64,000 nucleotides of DNA from Azolla caroliniana (lineage: Eukaryota > Plantae > Polypodiophyta): positions 15,934,001 to 15,998,000 of the forward strand of contig JBHGNT010000003.1 of the NCBI GenBank assembly GCA_043228905.1, read 5' to 3'. The notes beneath the pieces are model-generated. The model did no database searches and had not been told where the DNA came from. It saw only the letters and a list, made by a program, of their open reading frames with translations. Below are positions 42,980-55,100 of the stretch, piece after piece (position 1 is the stretch's first letter; each line of letters starts with the position of its first letter). The translations under genes and the position numbers were made by a program.

Positions 42980-44470
42980 TGTTAAGAATATGTCCCTCTT
43001 ATGGGAGGAGCCGACTGTTCGACTGAGCAAGAGTCGACAATCGAAGACAAGGAGTTGCCGACAAACGAAGGCATGGAAAGTCGACTGAGGGAGAGTCGAC
43101 TTAGAGAGCTAGTAGTAAGCGATCCAAGTCAAAGACACGAACGACTAGTCAGGCCGACCGGATGGTCGAAGGCAAGGCCGACTAGTCGGGCCGACTGGAC
43201 AACTAACATAGGAGTTAGCTAGTTGAATCAACTAGTCGACCAATCAACTGATTAACTGCTATTGTTATTACTATAGTAATAGTTAATAATCAAAATAGAG
43301 ACTATATTGGTAAATATCCCATACGGTGTATAAGTATAAATACACTTAGGGAAACATAGATGTAGAACTGAGAGAACAGAAAGTGTAGAACATAACGAAG
43401 TGTTGCGTAGAGAGTGTGTGTGAGAGAGCGCAGCTGTAGAGTTCGTCGAACTTGCCAAGAACCCTAAGTGGTTATCCTCTGAATTTCAGAGAAGAGTTGT
43501 AACCGTTTTCTTGTATTCTCTGTTGTATAGTGGATCTCTATTCTCGTGGTTTTCCCCATTTAGGGTTTCCACATAAAAACTGCATAGATTGTGTATTTTG
43601 TCCATTTTGTTGTTTTCTGTTTCCAAGTTGTGTATTTCTGTGAATCTTTTAGAGAGATTTACAATCCCATCTCATCAAAATGGTATCAGAGCAACATGGG
43701 CAAAGATTAAAGGAGGTGTGAGTGGCTTACCAGGAATGATGGTCCTGAACTCACACAACTACGCAGTCTAGAAGGTCAAGATGGGGAAGATCTTCTCATT
43801 CTCAAACATCTGTATGAGCCCATCGATAGAGAGTAAATACCCACTGGGGTATTAGAGTCTAAATGGAAACTCCTCAATAGAAAGGAGGTGGCCACCATCA
43901 GACAATGTGTAGATGTTAGGGTCCTTCAGCATGTGGTGAATGACACAAATGCCCACGAGATGTGGCAGAAGTTGTCAGGGTTGTATGAGTGGAAGAATGC
44001 CATGAACAAGACATCTTTGATGAGGAAGATCGTATGACTGAAGTACAGGGACGGAGAGAGCATAGTGGAACACATCAACACATTCATGGGGCTAGTAAAT
44101 CAACTTGTGGCAACTAAGTTTCCCCTCGATGATGCTATGCAGGCCTCGTTGCTGATGTGTACCCTGCCGGACAGTTGGGAGAATCTGGTGGTGACTCTCA
44201 ATACCTCGTGTCAAAAAGAGAACTTGCCTCTACAAGTGGTAAAGCCAAGTATCTTGAACAAGGAGACATGAAGGAAGGACAACGGTGTCCTATCCCAGTC
44301 GGAGTCAAATGTGACTCAACATACTAGCAAAGGAAGGAACAGACAAAGAAGTCCACAAAGAAGGGACAAATCCCAAGCTAGGTCCAAGTCTAGAGGTAAG
44401 CTCACATATTTCTATTGTGGAAATCTTGGGCACTTCCAAAAGGATTTTCGACACCTTAAGAAGGACAAAG
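42980..44470 (+). mobile_element. Element K: truncated Tork-like copia (5' LTR 42980-43677, PBS-Met 43681-43692, decayed gag)
   Basis: TGTTAAG..CA; TGGTATCAGAGC; gag homologous to element M. Confidence 0.82.
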
Positions 44471-46786
44471 GTGTTTTCCTCATGTTGCAGGTATATAAAT
44501 TGTGTATTTGAGGTTATACTTGGGATTTATGATGTTTCAATCAAGGCTTCCAATTTGGTAAACTTGCAAAAAGTGGAAGTGATTTAGGTCAGTAGATTAA
44601 GTCATTGAAATGTAATCCATTAGGGAGGGTATGAAAGAACTTGAAGCTTCCTTCGGATGCAGCAAAATCATTTATTCTAATCTTTTGGCCTATAATTTCG
44701 TAGTTCATGTAATATGTGTCTATTCTACAAATTTGATGATGGATAGGTTTTGTCCAAACTATGGGAAACACATTTAATTCTATGGCATGGTATTATGTTG
44801 TTTTATACACGATCTTAGTTGACTAGATTGATTTTGTAAGTTTTTGGTATGCTAAGGAGAGCATTCGAAGTTTGTTTCCTTTGTTTGGGCACAATACATA
44901 CAAAACAAATTAAGTTCTTCTATGTTGTTTTGAACAACTTGGATCTAGCCATGGTCTACCTGGAGTTTTCACTTCTTTGAAGGTTAGTATCTGAAATTTC
45001 ATATATTCATGGAATTTTTTTCATTGCTTTGTTATCCATATCCTCATACTAAATGATTCGCCTATTCAGGGAGCATTAGTGGTTCACTTTCAGGATCTCA
45101 ATGCTGAGAACTTAAGATGTTTGACAATTCCTAATGTGAGAGCTAATGGAGATTTTGGAAAGTTTACACATACACATTATAGCCATGATGTTGGACAAAC
45201 CATGATGAAGATCAACAAATGGCTTGAACTAGAGGTTTTCTATTATGCTGTGAATGTTATGTAAGATTGTTCCTCCTTATGGGGGAGTCGACCGAAAAGC
45301 CGAAGTGAGATTCGGCTGGCCGAAATGCCGAAATCGGCCAAAGAGCCGAACCATAACACAATTGGCCGAAATCATGCCGAACAGCCGAACCGAGATCGGT
45401 CAAAAAGCCATAACGTGCCAAAGAGCCGAAGAGGAGTTTGGATGAATATATATAATATAGAAAAGTTGGGTTAGTAGATATATAGGCATAGTGGCATCAG
45501 TTGCCTATGTATGTGGGATAAATCACTAAGCGTAAAAATAGTGAGAAAAGTGTGTGACGGGATATATATAGTGAACTGGAGTGAGAAAGTGTATTATTAT
45601 ATATTGAGACCGTGAGCATGCAAGAGAGTGAAAACGTGTTGCAAGGGAAGAGTGACACAGAGAACAATAGGGAGCTAGCATAGTGGTGGCTGTGACTAAG
45701 AGAGTGGGTGGCATAACTCTACAACTGAGTGTGAGAGGAAGCAAAGAAACGAGAGTGTAACATAGAAGAAAGAGAGACTGAACAGAGAAGCCTTGGAAGC
45801 TTCAAAAGTGATAGATACCTACGTGTTAGGGTTTGGTGCACTCAGTTGAAACTGTGGTTTCAGATAAAAACTTGAGAGTACATACATACCATATTAGGTT
45901 TTATCATTCTATGCTTGTATTTCTTCTTGTCTCATAGTAGAAATTTTTGTTCACCGTGGTTTTTACCTGAAATCAAGGTTTTCCACGTAAATCATGTGCT
46001 CGTTGTTTTTATTTTATTTGTGTCTCGATATATTTGTGGTTTACATCTGAGTGTAAAACCTTTCAAATTGGTATCAGAGCCTAGGTTCTAGATGGAAGGG
46101 AATGTGAGTGGCTTTCCGAGGATGATTGTCCTAAACTCATAAAAATACTCAGAATGGAAGATCAAAATGGAAGATGTTCTGATAGTCAAAGATCTGTATG
46201 AGCCTAAAGAAAAGGAAGACATACCTAGAGGGGTAATAGAATCTGAGTGGAAAACTCTACATAGAAAGGTAGTGGCAACTATAAGATAGTGTGTAGACAT
46301 TAGCGTCCTACAACATGTAGCAAGTGGTACCAATGCCTTCGAGTTATGGCATAAACTCTCTGCCCTTTACGAAAGGAAAAACGCCCTAAACAAAACTTCT
46401 CTGATGAGGAAAATAGCGAGACTAAAGTATGTAGATGGGGAGAGCATTGTAGAGCACATCTGTACTTTCATGGGACTTGTGAATCAGCTAGCATCAGTGA
46501 AGTTCCCATTAGATGATGTTATGCAAGCCACACTACTACTATGTACTCTACTAGACAATTGGGAAAACTTAATAGTGACACTCAGTACCTCATGTAAAGA
46601 AGACAGCCTATCTTTACAAGTAGTAAAGACTAGTATTTTAAATGAAGAGACAAGAAGAAAGGATAAAAGTGCCTTGTCTCAATTGGAAGCCAATGTGACA
46701 CAAGAACGTAGTAGAGGAAGAAGCAAACACAAAAATCTTGAAGGCAGAGATAAGTCTTATGCTAGGTCGAAATCTAGGGGAAGACC

Positions 46787-49700
46787 TGTTGGGAATCAAT
46801 GCTTCGATTCACCTTCTTCCTCTCGGCCACAACCGAGTAATCGCGGATCAATGCAGCAGAAAATAGAAACCAAAAGAGAGAAACACACGAGTACACAGGG
46901 ATTAACGTGGAAAACCCTAGATGGGAAAAACCACGGGAGTACAAGACTCCAAACAACACTATACAAGAGAAGTATACAATGACGAGCTCCAAGGCGACGA
47001 CCTTGAGCTCGCTGTCCTCGCCACAGGCGGCGGAAATACACAGAGGCGTCGTCCTCTTCCTCTCTCGCGCTCTATCTCTCACTCTGTCTCACGGCTGCTC
47101 CCTCTTCACTCCTCTTGAGTGGAAAAACAGAAAAATGGTAAGCAACAACAACACTGTTTGCCCTAAGTCATATTTATACTTATATGACTTTGGGCTATTT
47201 ACAACTGTAGCCTCAGGGGCCCATAGCGAACATATTCACGGATATGTCCCTGCATCCGGATCGCTCTCCGGGTACATTCGTCATCCGGTACCGAAACCGG
47301 GGTCTTCGTCATCCGGATCCGAAACCGAAACCGGGCTTGTCGGCATTCATCTCCAATATCCGACCATCCCATGAGAAGGGACCGTAATCCCAACAAACTC
47401 CCCCTTCACTTCGTCATGGGATGTCTCTCCAATCCGATCCTCTTCCGGCATGCTTCCAGCTTGTCGGGTGTGAGGACCTTGGTCAGCATATCCGACCCGT
47501 TCTCGTCCGTGTGGATCTTTGTCAGCACGAACTCCTTGTCTTCTATCCTTTCCCGGATCCAGTGATATCTTCGCTGGATGTGCTTCGTCCGGGAGTGATA
47601 GGCCGCGTTCTTCGCAAGGTGGATTGCACTCTGACTATCGCAGTAGAGTCGGTACTCCTCCTGTCGGATACCGAGCTCTCTAATGAAGTCCTTCATCCAT
47701 ATTATTTCCTTGCCGGCTTCAACAGCCGCCATGTACTCCGCCTCCGTGGTTGACAGCGCAACCGTCTTCTGCAGCCTCGACTGCCATGAAACAGCTCCCC
47801 CTGCATACGTCATCACATACCCTGATGTGGACCGGCTGGTATCTGCATCAGCCGACATATCCGAATCGGTAAAGCCGTCGAGTTCGGGCTTTCCGGAGCC
47901 GAATCGGAGGCACACGTTTGCCATGCCCTTCAGGTATCGGAGTATCCACTTGGCCGCGTTCCAATGCTCCTTGCCGGGATTGCTCATGTACCGGCTCACC
48001 ACTCCGACTGCATATCCGATATCCGGTCTCGTACACACCATGGCATACATCAAGCTCCCGACGGCTGAGGCATACGGCACTTTCATCATATCCTCCTTTT
48101 CAGCCTTTGTCTTGGGACTTTGCTTGCTGGACAGCTTGCAGTTTGCCGGGAGGGTCGATCCGACCGGTCTTGCTTCCGACATGTTGAACCGTTTAAGCAC
48201 CTTTGTCACGTACTTCTCCTGTGACAGCCACAACTGCTTCTTGCTCCGGTCCCGGATGATGTGCATCCCTAGTATTTGTCTCGCCGGACCCAAGTCCTTC
48301 ATTGAGAAGGTTCGGTGAAGAGCCTTCTTCAGCATCCGTATCTTGACCTGGTCCCGTCCGACGATCAACATGTCGTCCACGTACAGGAGGAGTATTAGAA
48401 AGTCTCCTCCTTCGAACTTCTTCACAAACACGCAGTGGTCGGACTGCGTTTTGAGGTACCCTTCGTCGGTCATGAAGGAGTCGAACTTCCGGTACCATTG
48501 CCGGGGAGCCTGCTTCAGTCCGTAAAGGCTCTTCTTCAACCGGCATACCAGGTGCTCCTTCCCTTTCTTCTCGAATCCTTCCGGTTGCTGCATGTAGATC
48601 TCTTCATCGAGGTCACCGTGAAGGAATGCCGTCTTCACGTCCATCTGTTCTACCTCGAGGTCCATGCTTGCCGCTATGCTCAGCACCGTCCGGATGGAGG
48701 TCATCTTCACTACCGGGGCAAATATCTCGTCGAAGTCGACGCCCTTCTTCTGCTGAAACCCCTTCACCACGATCCTGGCTTTGTATCTCGGGGGGTTTCC
48801 GGCATCTCCCGGTTTCAGCTTGAACACCCACTTGTTTCGAAGTGCCCGCTTTCCTTTCGGCAACTCCACAAGTTCATATGTGTGGTTCTCATGCAGGGAA
48901 TCCATCTCGTCCTGCATGGCACTCAACCACCTGCGGCTCTGGGTGTCATGCTTTGCTTCTTCAAAGCTCTCCGGCTCCCCCTCGTCGGTTAGCGGCACGT
49001 GCTCTGGTTCCGGAAATCTCCGGGGGGCCCTTCTCTCTCTTAGAGGATATCTCCGTTCCGGAGCTTCGGTAACCGGTTCTTCCGATTCTTCTTCATCCGA
49101 ATCCATTTCGGGATCGGGGCCGGTTCCGGTATCGTTTTCATCTTCTTCGGCCGGTTCTGTTTCTTCACCGTCTTCGGCCGGATCCTCGAGTGCTAACCGG
49201 TCCCTTGCCGGTCGGGACTGCTCCTTGTAGAGTTGATCCTCACCGGTCGACTTGGAGCTCTTCATCTTCTTCTCCGACTCCCAGTCGGCGAGTGTCTTGT
49301 CCTCCATGAAGATGATGTCTCGACTCCTGAATATCTTCTTGTCGACCGGGTCCCATACTCGGTAGCCGAACTCATCGTCGCCGTAACCGAGGAATATGCA
49401 TGGCCGGGTCTTTGGATCTAGCTTTCCTCTCCGGTCCTTTGCCACATGCACGTATGCGAGACACCCGAACACCTTCAGATGCCGGTAGGATACTTCCCTA
49501 CCGGTCCACACTCTCTGCGGCGTGTCTCCGTCCAAAGGTACTGAGGGTGATCTGTTTATCACGTATGTCGCCGTCGACATCGCCTCAGCCCAAAACCCCT
49601 TGGGTAATTCCGCATGCGCCAGCATACTCCGGACCCTCTCCATTATGGTCCGGTTCATCCTCTCAGCCAGCCCGTTCAGTTCCGGCGTCTTCGGCACAGT

Positions 49701-52118
49701 AAACTCGAGTCGGATTCCCTTCGAGCGACAGTACTCCTGGAACTGCCCCCGGTATTCCCCTCCGTTATCCGCTCGTATCGCTTTCAGCTTCTTGCCGGAT
49801 TCCCTTTCCACTCTCGCGTGGAGTTCTTTGAAGACGGACAACACTTGGTCCTTTGTCTTCAGCGGTGCCGTCCACAGCTTCCGGCTGTGATCATCAATGA
49901 ATGTTACGAAGTACTGGGCTCCGCCATGTGACTTCGTTTCTACTTGACACACATCAGTGTGCACCAACTCCAATGGTGCGCTACGTCTCGTCGGTGGCCT
50001 TGAGTGGAAGGAGGTTCGGTTCTGCTTACCGGCCAGGCAATCGGTGCACTTCTCCAGGTGCACTTGCTTCACTGGAATAAGGTTGTCTTCTGCAAGCCTC
50101 TTCATCCCCTTCTCACTCATGTGGCACAGTCTTTTGTGCCACAGCTCACCGGCAGTGTCGGTTGCAACATTCAGCTCTTCCGGACATAACCGGGCATTCA
50201 TCAGGTACAGTGTGTTGACTTTCCGGGCCCGAGCCACTATCAGGCTCCCCTTGCTGAACTTCATTACGCCGTTCCGGATGCTACCTGTGTAGCCTTCATC
50301 GTCTAGCCTCCCGGCCGAAATCAGGTTCAATCGAACCTCCGGAACGTGTCGGACATCCTTCAGCAGCATTTTGCATCCGGTCGGGGTTGTCAACCACACG
50401 TCTCCTATGCCGGAAATCCGGCACGTACCTTCATTTCCCATCCGAACACAGCCATGCTCACCGGCTGTGTAGGATGAGAAGTATCTTCTCTTCGGGGTCA
50501 GGTGGAACGATGCTCCGGAATCGACCACCCAGGTCGTCTCATCGCCGGCAACGTTTAGCTCACCTTCTTCGGTGATGAGCATGATTTCTTCCTCACTTGC
50601 CGCGAGTGCCGTTGTTCCTTTCCGGTCCTGTCCTCGCCGATCCGAACCATTCCGGTCCGTGGCTCCCCGGTATGCACCGTTTCTCTCCGGTGACTTCTTC
50701 GAATCGGTGTTGTCGGTTCCATTGTCTTTTCGGTAATGCCGACAATTCTTTCGGAAGTGCCCCGGCTTCCCACAGTGGAAGCATGTGGGCCTTCCTCTTG
50801 ACTGCGACCGGGTCCCCGACTTCTCCCGTCTTTGCGGACTCCGGTTCCATTGTCTTCCCCGATCCGATTCGGTAAACAACATCTTCGGGTCGGAGGCCGG
50901 TTCCTTATCTCTCCGACGCGCTTCTTCATTCAAAATACTTGTCTTTACCGTTTGTAAGGACAAGTTATCTTCGGTGCAGGAGGTGCTGAGAGTCACCACC
51001 AAGTTCTCCCAGCTTTCTGGCAATGTACACATCAGGATGATGGCTTGCATTGCATCCTCCAACGGGAACTTAATCGCCGCAAGCTGGTTCACGAATCCCA
51101 TGAACGTGCTTACGTGTTCAACCATACTCTCGCCGTCCCGGTACTTGAGGTTCACTATCTTCCTCATCAGGGAGGTCCGGTTCAACGCATTCTTCCTCTC
51201 GTAGAGGCCCGACAGCTTCTTCCACATCTCATATGCGTTGGTGTCGTTCGCCACATGTTGTAGGACGCTTACATCGACATATTGTCGGATCGTCGCTACG
51301 GCTTTCCGGTTCAGGAGCTTCCACTCCGACTCAAGTACCCCCTTCGGTATTTCCGACCTGTCAATCGGTTCGTACAGGTCCCGAACAATCAGAAGATCCT
51401 CCATCTTGATCTTCCAGTCGGCGTAATTCTGCGCATTCAGCACCATCATCCCCGGCTGCCCGCTGCCGCCGCCTTCCATTTTCTGCAGAACCTCGCTCTG
51501 ATACCAGTTTGTTGGGAATCAATGCTTCGATTCACCTTCTTCCTCTCGGCCACAACCGAGTAATCGCGGATCAATGCAGCAGAAAATAGAAACCAAAAGA
51601 GAGAAACACACAAGTACACAGGGATTAACGTGGAAAACCCTAGATGGGAAAAACCACGGGAGTACAAGACTCCAAACAACACTATACAAGAGAAGTATAC
51701 AATGACGAGCTCCAAGGCGACGACCTTGAGCTCGCTGTCCTCGCCACAGGCGGCGGAAATACACAGAGGCGTCGTCCTCTTCCTCTCTCGCGCTCTATCT
51801 CTCACTCTGTCTCACGGCTGCTCCCTCTTCACTCCTCTTGAGTGGAAAAACAGAAAAATGGTAAGCAACAACAACACTGTTTGCCCTAAGTCATATTTAT
51901 ACTTATATGACTTTGGGCTATTTACAACTGTAGCCTCAGGGGCCCATAGCGAACATATTCACGGATATGTCCCTGCATCCGGATCGCTCTCCGGGTACAT
52001 TCGTCATCCGGTACCGAAACCGGGGTCTTCGTCATCCGGATCCGAAACCGAAACCGGGCTTGTCGGCATTCATCTCCGATATCCGACCATCCCATGAGAA
52101 GGGACCGTAATCCAAACA
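46787..52118 (-). mobile_element. Element M: intact young Tork-like copia
   Basis: 609-bp LTRs 46787-47395 and 51510-52118 (3 differences seen); TSD AGACC; PBS-Met 51495-51506; PPT 47396-47405. Confidence 0.97.
47406..51479 (-). CDS. Copia Gag-Pol polyprotein (1357 aa)
   Basis: CFHCGKPGHFRKNC; WVVDSGASFH; WHKRLCH..CTDC; HTDVC, RADNGGEY; YVDDML; FTDSD, RTKHI. Confidence 0.97.
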   Translation of the reverse strand: MEGGGSGQPGMMVLNAQNYADWKIKMEDLLIVRDLYEPIDRSEIPKGVLESEWKLLNRKAVATIRQYVDVSVLQHVANDTNAYEMWKKLSGLYERKNALNRTSLMRKIVNLKYRDGESMVEHVSTFMGFVNQLAAIKFPLEDAMQAIILMCTLPESWENLVVTLSTSCTEDNLSLQTVKTSILNEEARRRDKEPASDPKMLFTESDRGRQWNRSPQRREKSGTRSQSRGRPTCFHCGKPGHFRKNCRHYRKDNGTDNTDSKKSPERNGAYRGATDRNGSDRRGQDRKGTTALAASEEEIMLITEEGELNVAGDETTWVVDSGASFHLTPKRRYFSSYTAGEHGCVRMGNEGTCRISGIGDVWLTTPTGCKMLLKDVRHVPEVRLNLISAGRLDDEGYTGSIRNGVMKFSKGSLIVARARKVNTLYLMNARLCPEELNVATDTAGELWHKRLCHMSEKGMKRLAEDNLIPVKQVHLEKCTDCLAGKQNRTSFHSRPPTRRSAPLELVHTDVCQVETKSHGGAQYFVTFIDDHSRKLWTAPLKTKDQVLSVFKELHARVERESGKKLKAIRADNGGEYRGQFQEYCRSKGIRLEFTVPKTPELNGLAERMNRTIMERVRSMLAHAELPKGFWAEAMSTATYVINRSPSVPLDGDTPQRVWTGREVSYRHLKVFGCLAYVHVAKDRRGKLDPKTRPCIFLGYGDDEFGYRVWDPVDKKIFRSRDIIFMEDKTLADWESEKKMKSSKSTGEDQLYKEQSRPARDRLALEDPAEDGEETEPAEEDENDTGTGPDPEMDSDEEESEEPVTEAPERRYPLRERRAPRRFPEPEHVPLTDEGEPESFEEAKHDTQSRRWLSAMQDEMDSLHENHTYELVELPKGKRALRNKWVFKLKPGDAGNPPRYKARIVVKGFQQKKGVDFDEIFAPVVKMTSIRTVLSIAASMDLEVEQMDVKTAFLHGDLDEEIYMQQPEGFEKKGKEHLVCRLKKSLYGLKQAPRQWYRKFDSFMTDEGYLKTQSDHCVFVKKFEGGDFLILLLYVDDMLIVGRDQVKIRMLKKALHRTFSMKDLGPARQILGMHIIRDRSKKQLWLSQEKYVTKVLKRFNMSEARPVGSTLPANCKLSSKQSPKTKAEKEDMMKVPYASAVGSLMYAMVCTRPDIGYAVGVVSRYMSNPGKEHWNAAKWILRYLKGMANVCLRFGSGKPELDGFTDSDMSADADTSRSTSGYVMTYAGGAVSWQSRLQKTVALSTTEAEYMAAVEAGKEIIWMKDFIRELGIRQEEYRLYCDSQSAIHLAKNAAYHSRTKHIQRRYHWIRERIEDKEFVLTKIHTDENGSDMLTKVLTPDKLEACRKRIGLERHPMTK

Positions 52119-55100
52119 AGACCTACATGCTTTTACTTTGGCAAGCCTGGTCACTTCCAAAAGAATTGTCAACACCTTAGGAAGGACAAAGGCATGGTTG
52201 ATGAGGTCGAACCTAGAAAAATATCTGATGATAAAAACACCTCAGCCATTGCAACTAGTAAAGAAGAGATGTTATTAATTTGTGAACAAGGTAGTGTGAA
52301 CCTTGCAAATGTTGAGTGCTCTTGGATAGTGGATTCCAGTGCAGCATTCCACCTGACTCCCAAAAGAGAATGCCTCTCATCTTACACAATTAGTGACTAC
52401 GGCTATGTAAGGATGTGAATGCAAGATTATGGGCATAGGAAATGTGTGTTTGCTAACATCTATTGGATGTAGGTTAATGTTGAAGGATGTACATCATGTT
52501 CCGGATGTCAGATTGAATCTAATATCGGCTGGACGTCTAGACAACGAAGGCTATAGTGGTTGATTTCGTAATGGGTACATGGAAGTTATGTAAAGGGAGT
52601 CTAATTGTGGCTCGAGCTCTAAAATAGAACACATTGTGCGTAATGCATGCAAAATTGTGCCGAGATGAAGCAAATGTAGTGGGTGACTCAGATGGTGAGT
52701 TTTGGCATAAAAGGCTTAGGCACATGAGTGAAAGGGGAATGCATATCCTTGCTGAAATGGATTTTCTACCAAAGGTGAAAGGAATGCACCTTGAAAAGTG
52801 TGTGGACTACTTGGCTAGAAAGCAAAATAGAACAACCTTTCACTCTAGGCCTCTGATGAGAAGAGAGCATGCCTTAGAATTGGTTCACACAAATGTGTGT
52901 TATGTGGATGCCCCCTCATACCGTGGTGGACAATACTTTGTCATGTTTATTGATGACTTCAACAGAAAGGTGTGGGCTTTTGTGTTGGTGTCCAAAGACC
53001 AACTGTTGTCGGTCTTCAAAGAGTTTCATGCAAGGGCAAAAAGAGAATCTGGACAGAAGTTGAAAGTTGTCCGAACATATAATGGTGGCGAGTATAGACT
53101 CTAGAGGCCAATTTGAGATGTATTCTAAGACTCAAGGCATCAAACTTGAGTATATGGTGCCGAAGACACCTGAGCTGAATGGTCTTGCAGAGAGAATGAA
53201 TCAGACCATAATGGAAAGGGTAAGAAGCATGTTGTCACATGCAAAATTGCCAAAGTTGTATTGGGTTGAGGCAATGTTGACTGTTGTCTACCTTATAAAC
53301 AGGTCTCAATCAGTGCCTCTGAAGGGGGATGTCCCACAGAGAGTGTGGACAGGAAGGAGTGTGTCCTACCAACATTTAAGGGTGTTTGGATGCTTGGCTT
53401 ATGTGCATGTTGTTAAAAACCAAAGGTCAAAGCTGCACAACAAGTCCAAGCCTTGCATATTCTTGGGGTACTCAGAAGTTGAGTTTGGGTACAGGATGTA
53501 GGATCTCCTTGATAAGAAAGAGATAAGAAGTCGTGATGCTATATTCATGGAAGACAAGACAATTGAAGATTGGAGACAGCAAAGACCAGAGTCGTCTTCC
53601 TAGCCGACTACTATTATGGAGTTGACACTAGTCGATCCCATTTCCACACAACCGACAACAACCGGTTGATGAAGTCAAATCTGAGTCAGCCCACACACAA
53701 CAACAAACTAATGCACACGAATCTGAGTCGGTTGTTGAAGGAAGAAGATATCCACAGAGACAAAGGAAGACCTCCTCTCGGTATCCAGCCAGTCAGTATA
53801 TTCTCTTGACTGATGAAGGGGAACCAGAATGCTATGAAGAGGCCATGACTGATGTACATAAGGAGAAATGGTATAATGCCATGCAAGAGGAAATGGATTC
53901 CTTGCATGAGAACCACACCTATGAGCTGATGGAGCTCCCTGATGGAAAGAAGACACTCAGAAATAAATGGATCTACAAACTAAAGACTGGAGAAGACAAA
54001 AGTACACATAGGTATAAGGCCCGTATTTTAGTGAAAGATTTCCAACAGAAAAAGGGTGTTGATTTTTATGAGATTTTTGCTCCAATAGTGAAGATGACCT
54101 CCATCCAGACTGTTTTGATTATAGCAGTCTGTATGAATCTGGAAATTGAACAGTTGGATGTTAAATGCACATTGAGTTGGAAGAGGAAATTTATATGCAA
54201 CAGCCGAAGGGCTTTGAGGTGAAAGGAAAAGAAAATCTTGTATGCAGGTTGAGGAAGAGCTTGTATGGACTGAAACAAGCTCCTCGACAATGGTATAAGA
54301 AGTTTGAGTCCTTCATGTTGGAACATGGATTCCACAAAACACAAGCCGATCATTGTGTATTTGTGAAGAGGTATGATGAAGGTAATTTTTTGATCCTTTT
54401 GTTGTATGTGGATGATATGTTGGTTGTTGGACAGAATGCTAAAAAGATTGCAAGCTTAAAGAAAGCTTTGAGCAAAGCCTTTGCCATGAAAGACTTAGGA
54501 CCGGCAAAAATAGATTTTGGGACAGGACTAAAAACATGTTATGACTGTCACAAGAGAAATATGTGATGACAGTTTTGCAAAGATTTAACATGTACAATGC
54601 AAAATCTATTGGATGTCGATTGCCGGTGAATTGTAAGTTAAATTCAAGACAATGTCCGAAAACTGAGAAAGATAAGACAGAGATGAGGAGGGTGTCGTAT
54701 GCCTCAACTGTTGGTAGCCTAATGTATGTTATGGTTTGCACAAGGCCGGACATTGCATTTGTTGTTGGGATAGTTAGTCGCTACATGAGCAATCCTGGAA
54801 AGGAGCATTGGGCTGCCGTAAAATGGATACTCAGATACCTCAAAGGCACTTCAAGTGTATGCCTTAGATATGGCTCCAAGAAACCTATGCTTAAAGGTTT
54901 CACAGATTCTAATATGTCGAGTATGTGATGACTTATTCAAGGGGAGTTGTGTCATGGAAATCAATGTTGCAAAAGGTGGTGGCTTTGTCAACCACGGAGG
55001 CTGAATATATGGCTGTAGTGGAAGCCGGAAAAGAATTGATTTGGATGAGAGATTTTTTAAGTGAACTAGGAATTAAGCAAGAAAAGTTCTTACTTCATTG

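Noticed and set aside
46907-47374. 155-aa ORF duplicated at 51630-52097
   Set aside because: Antisense frame within the paired LTRs; no recognisable domain
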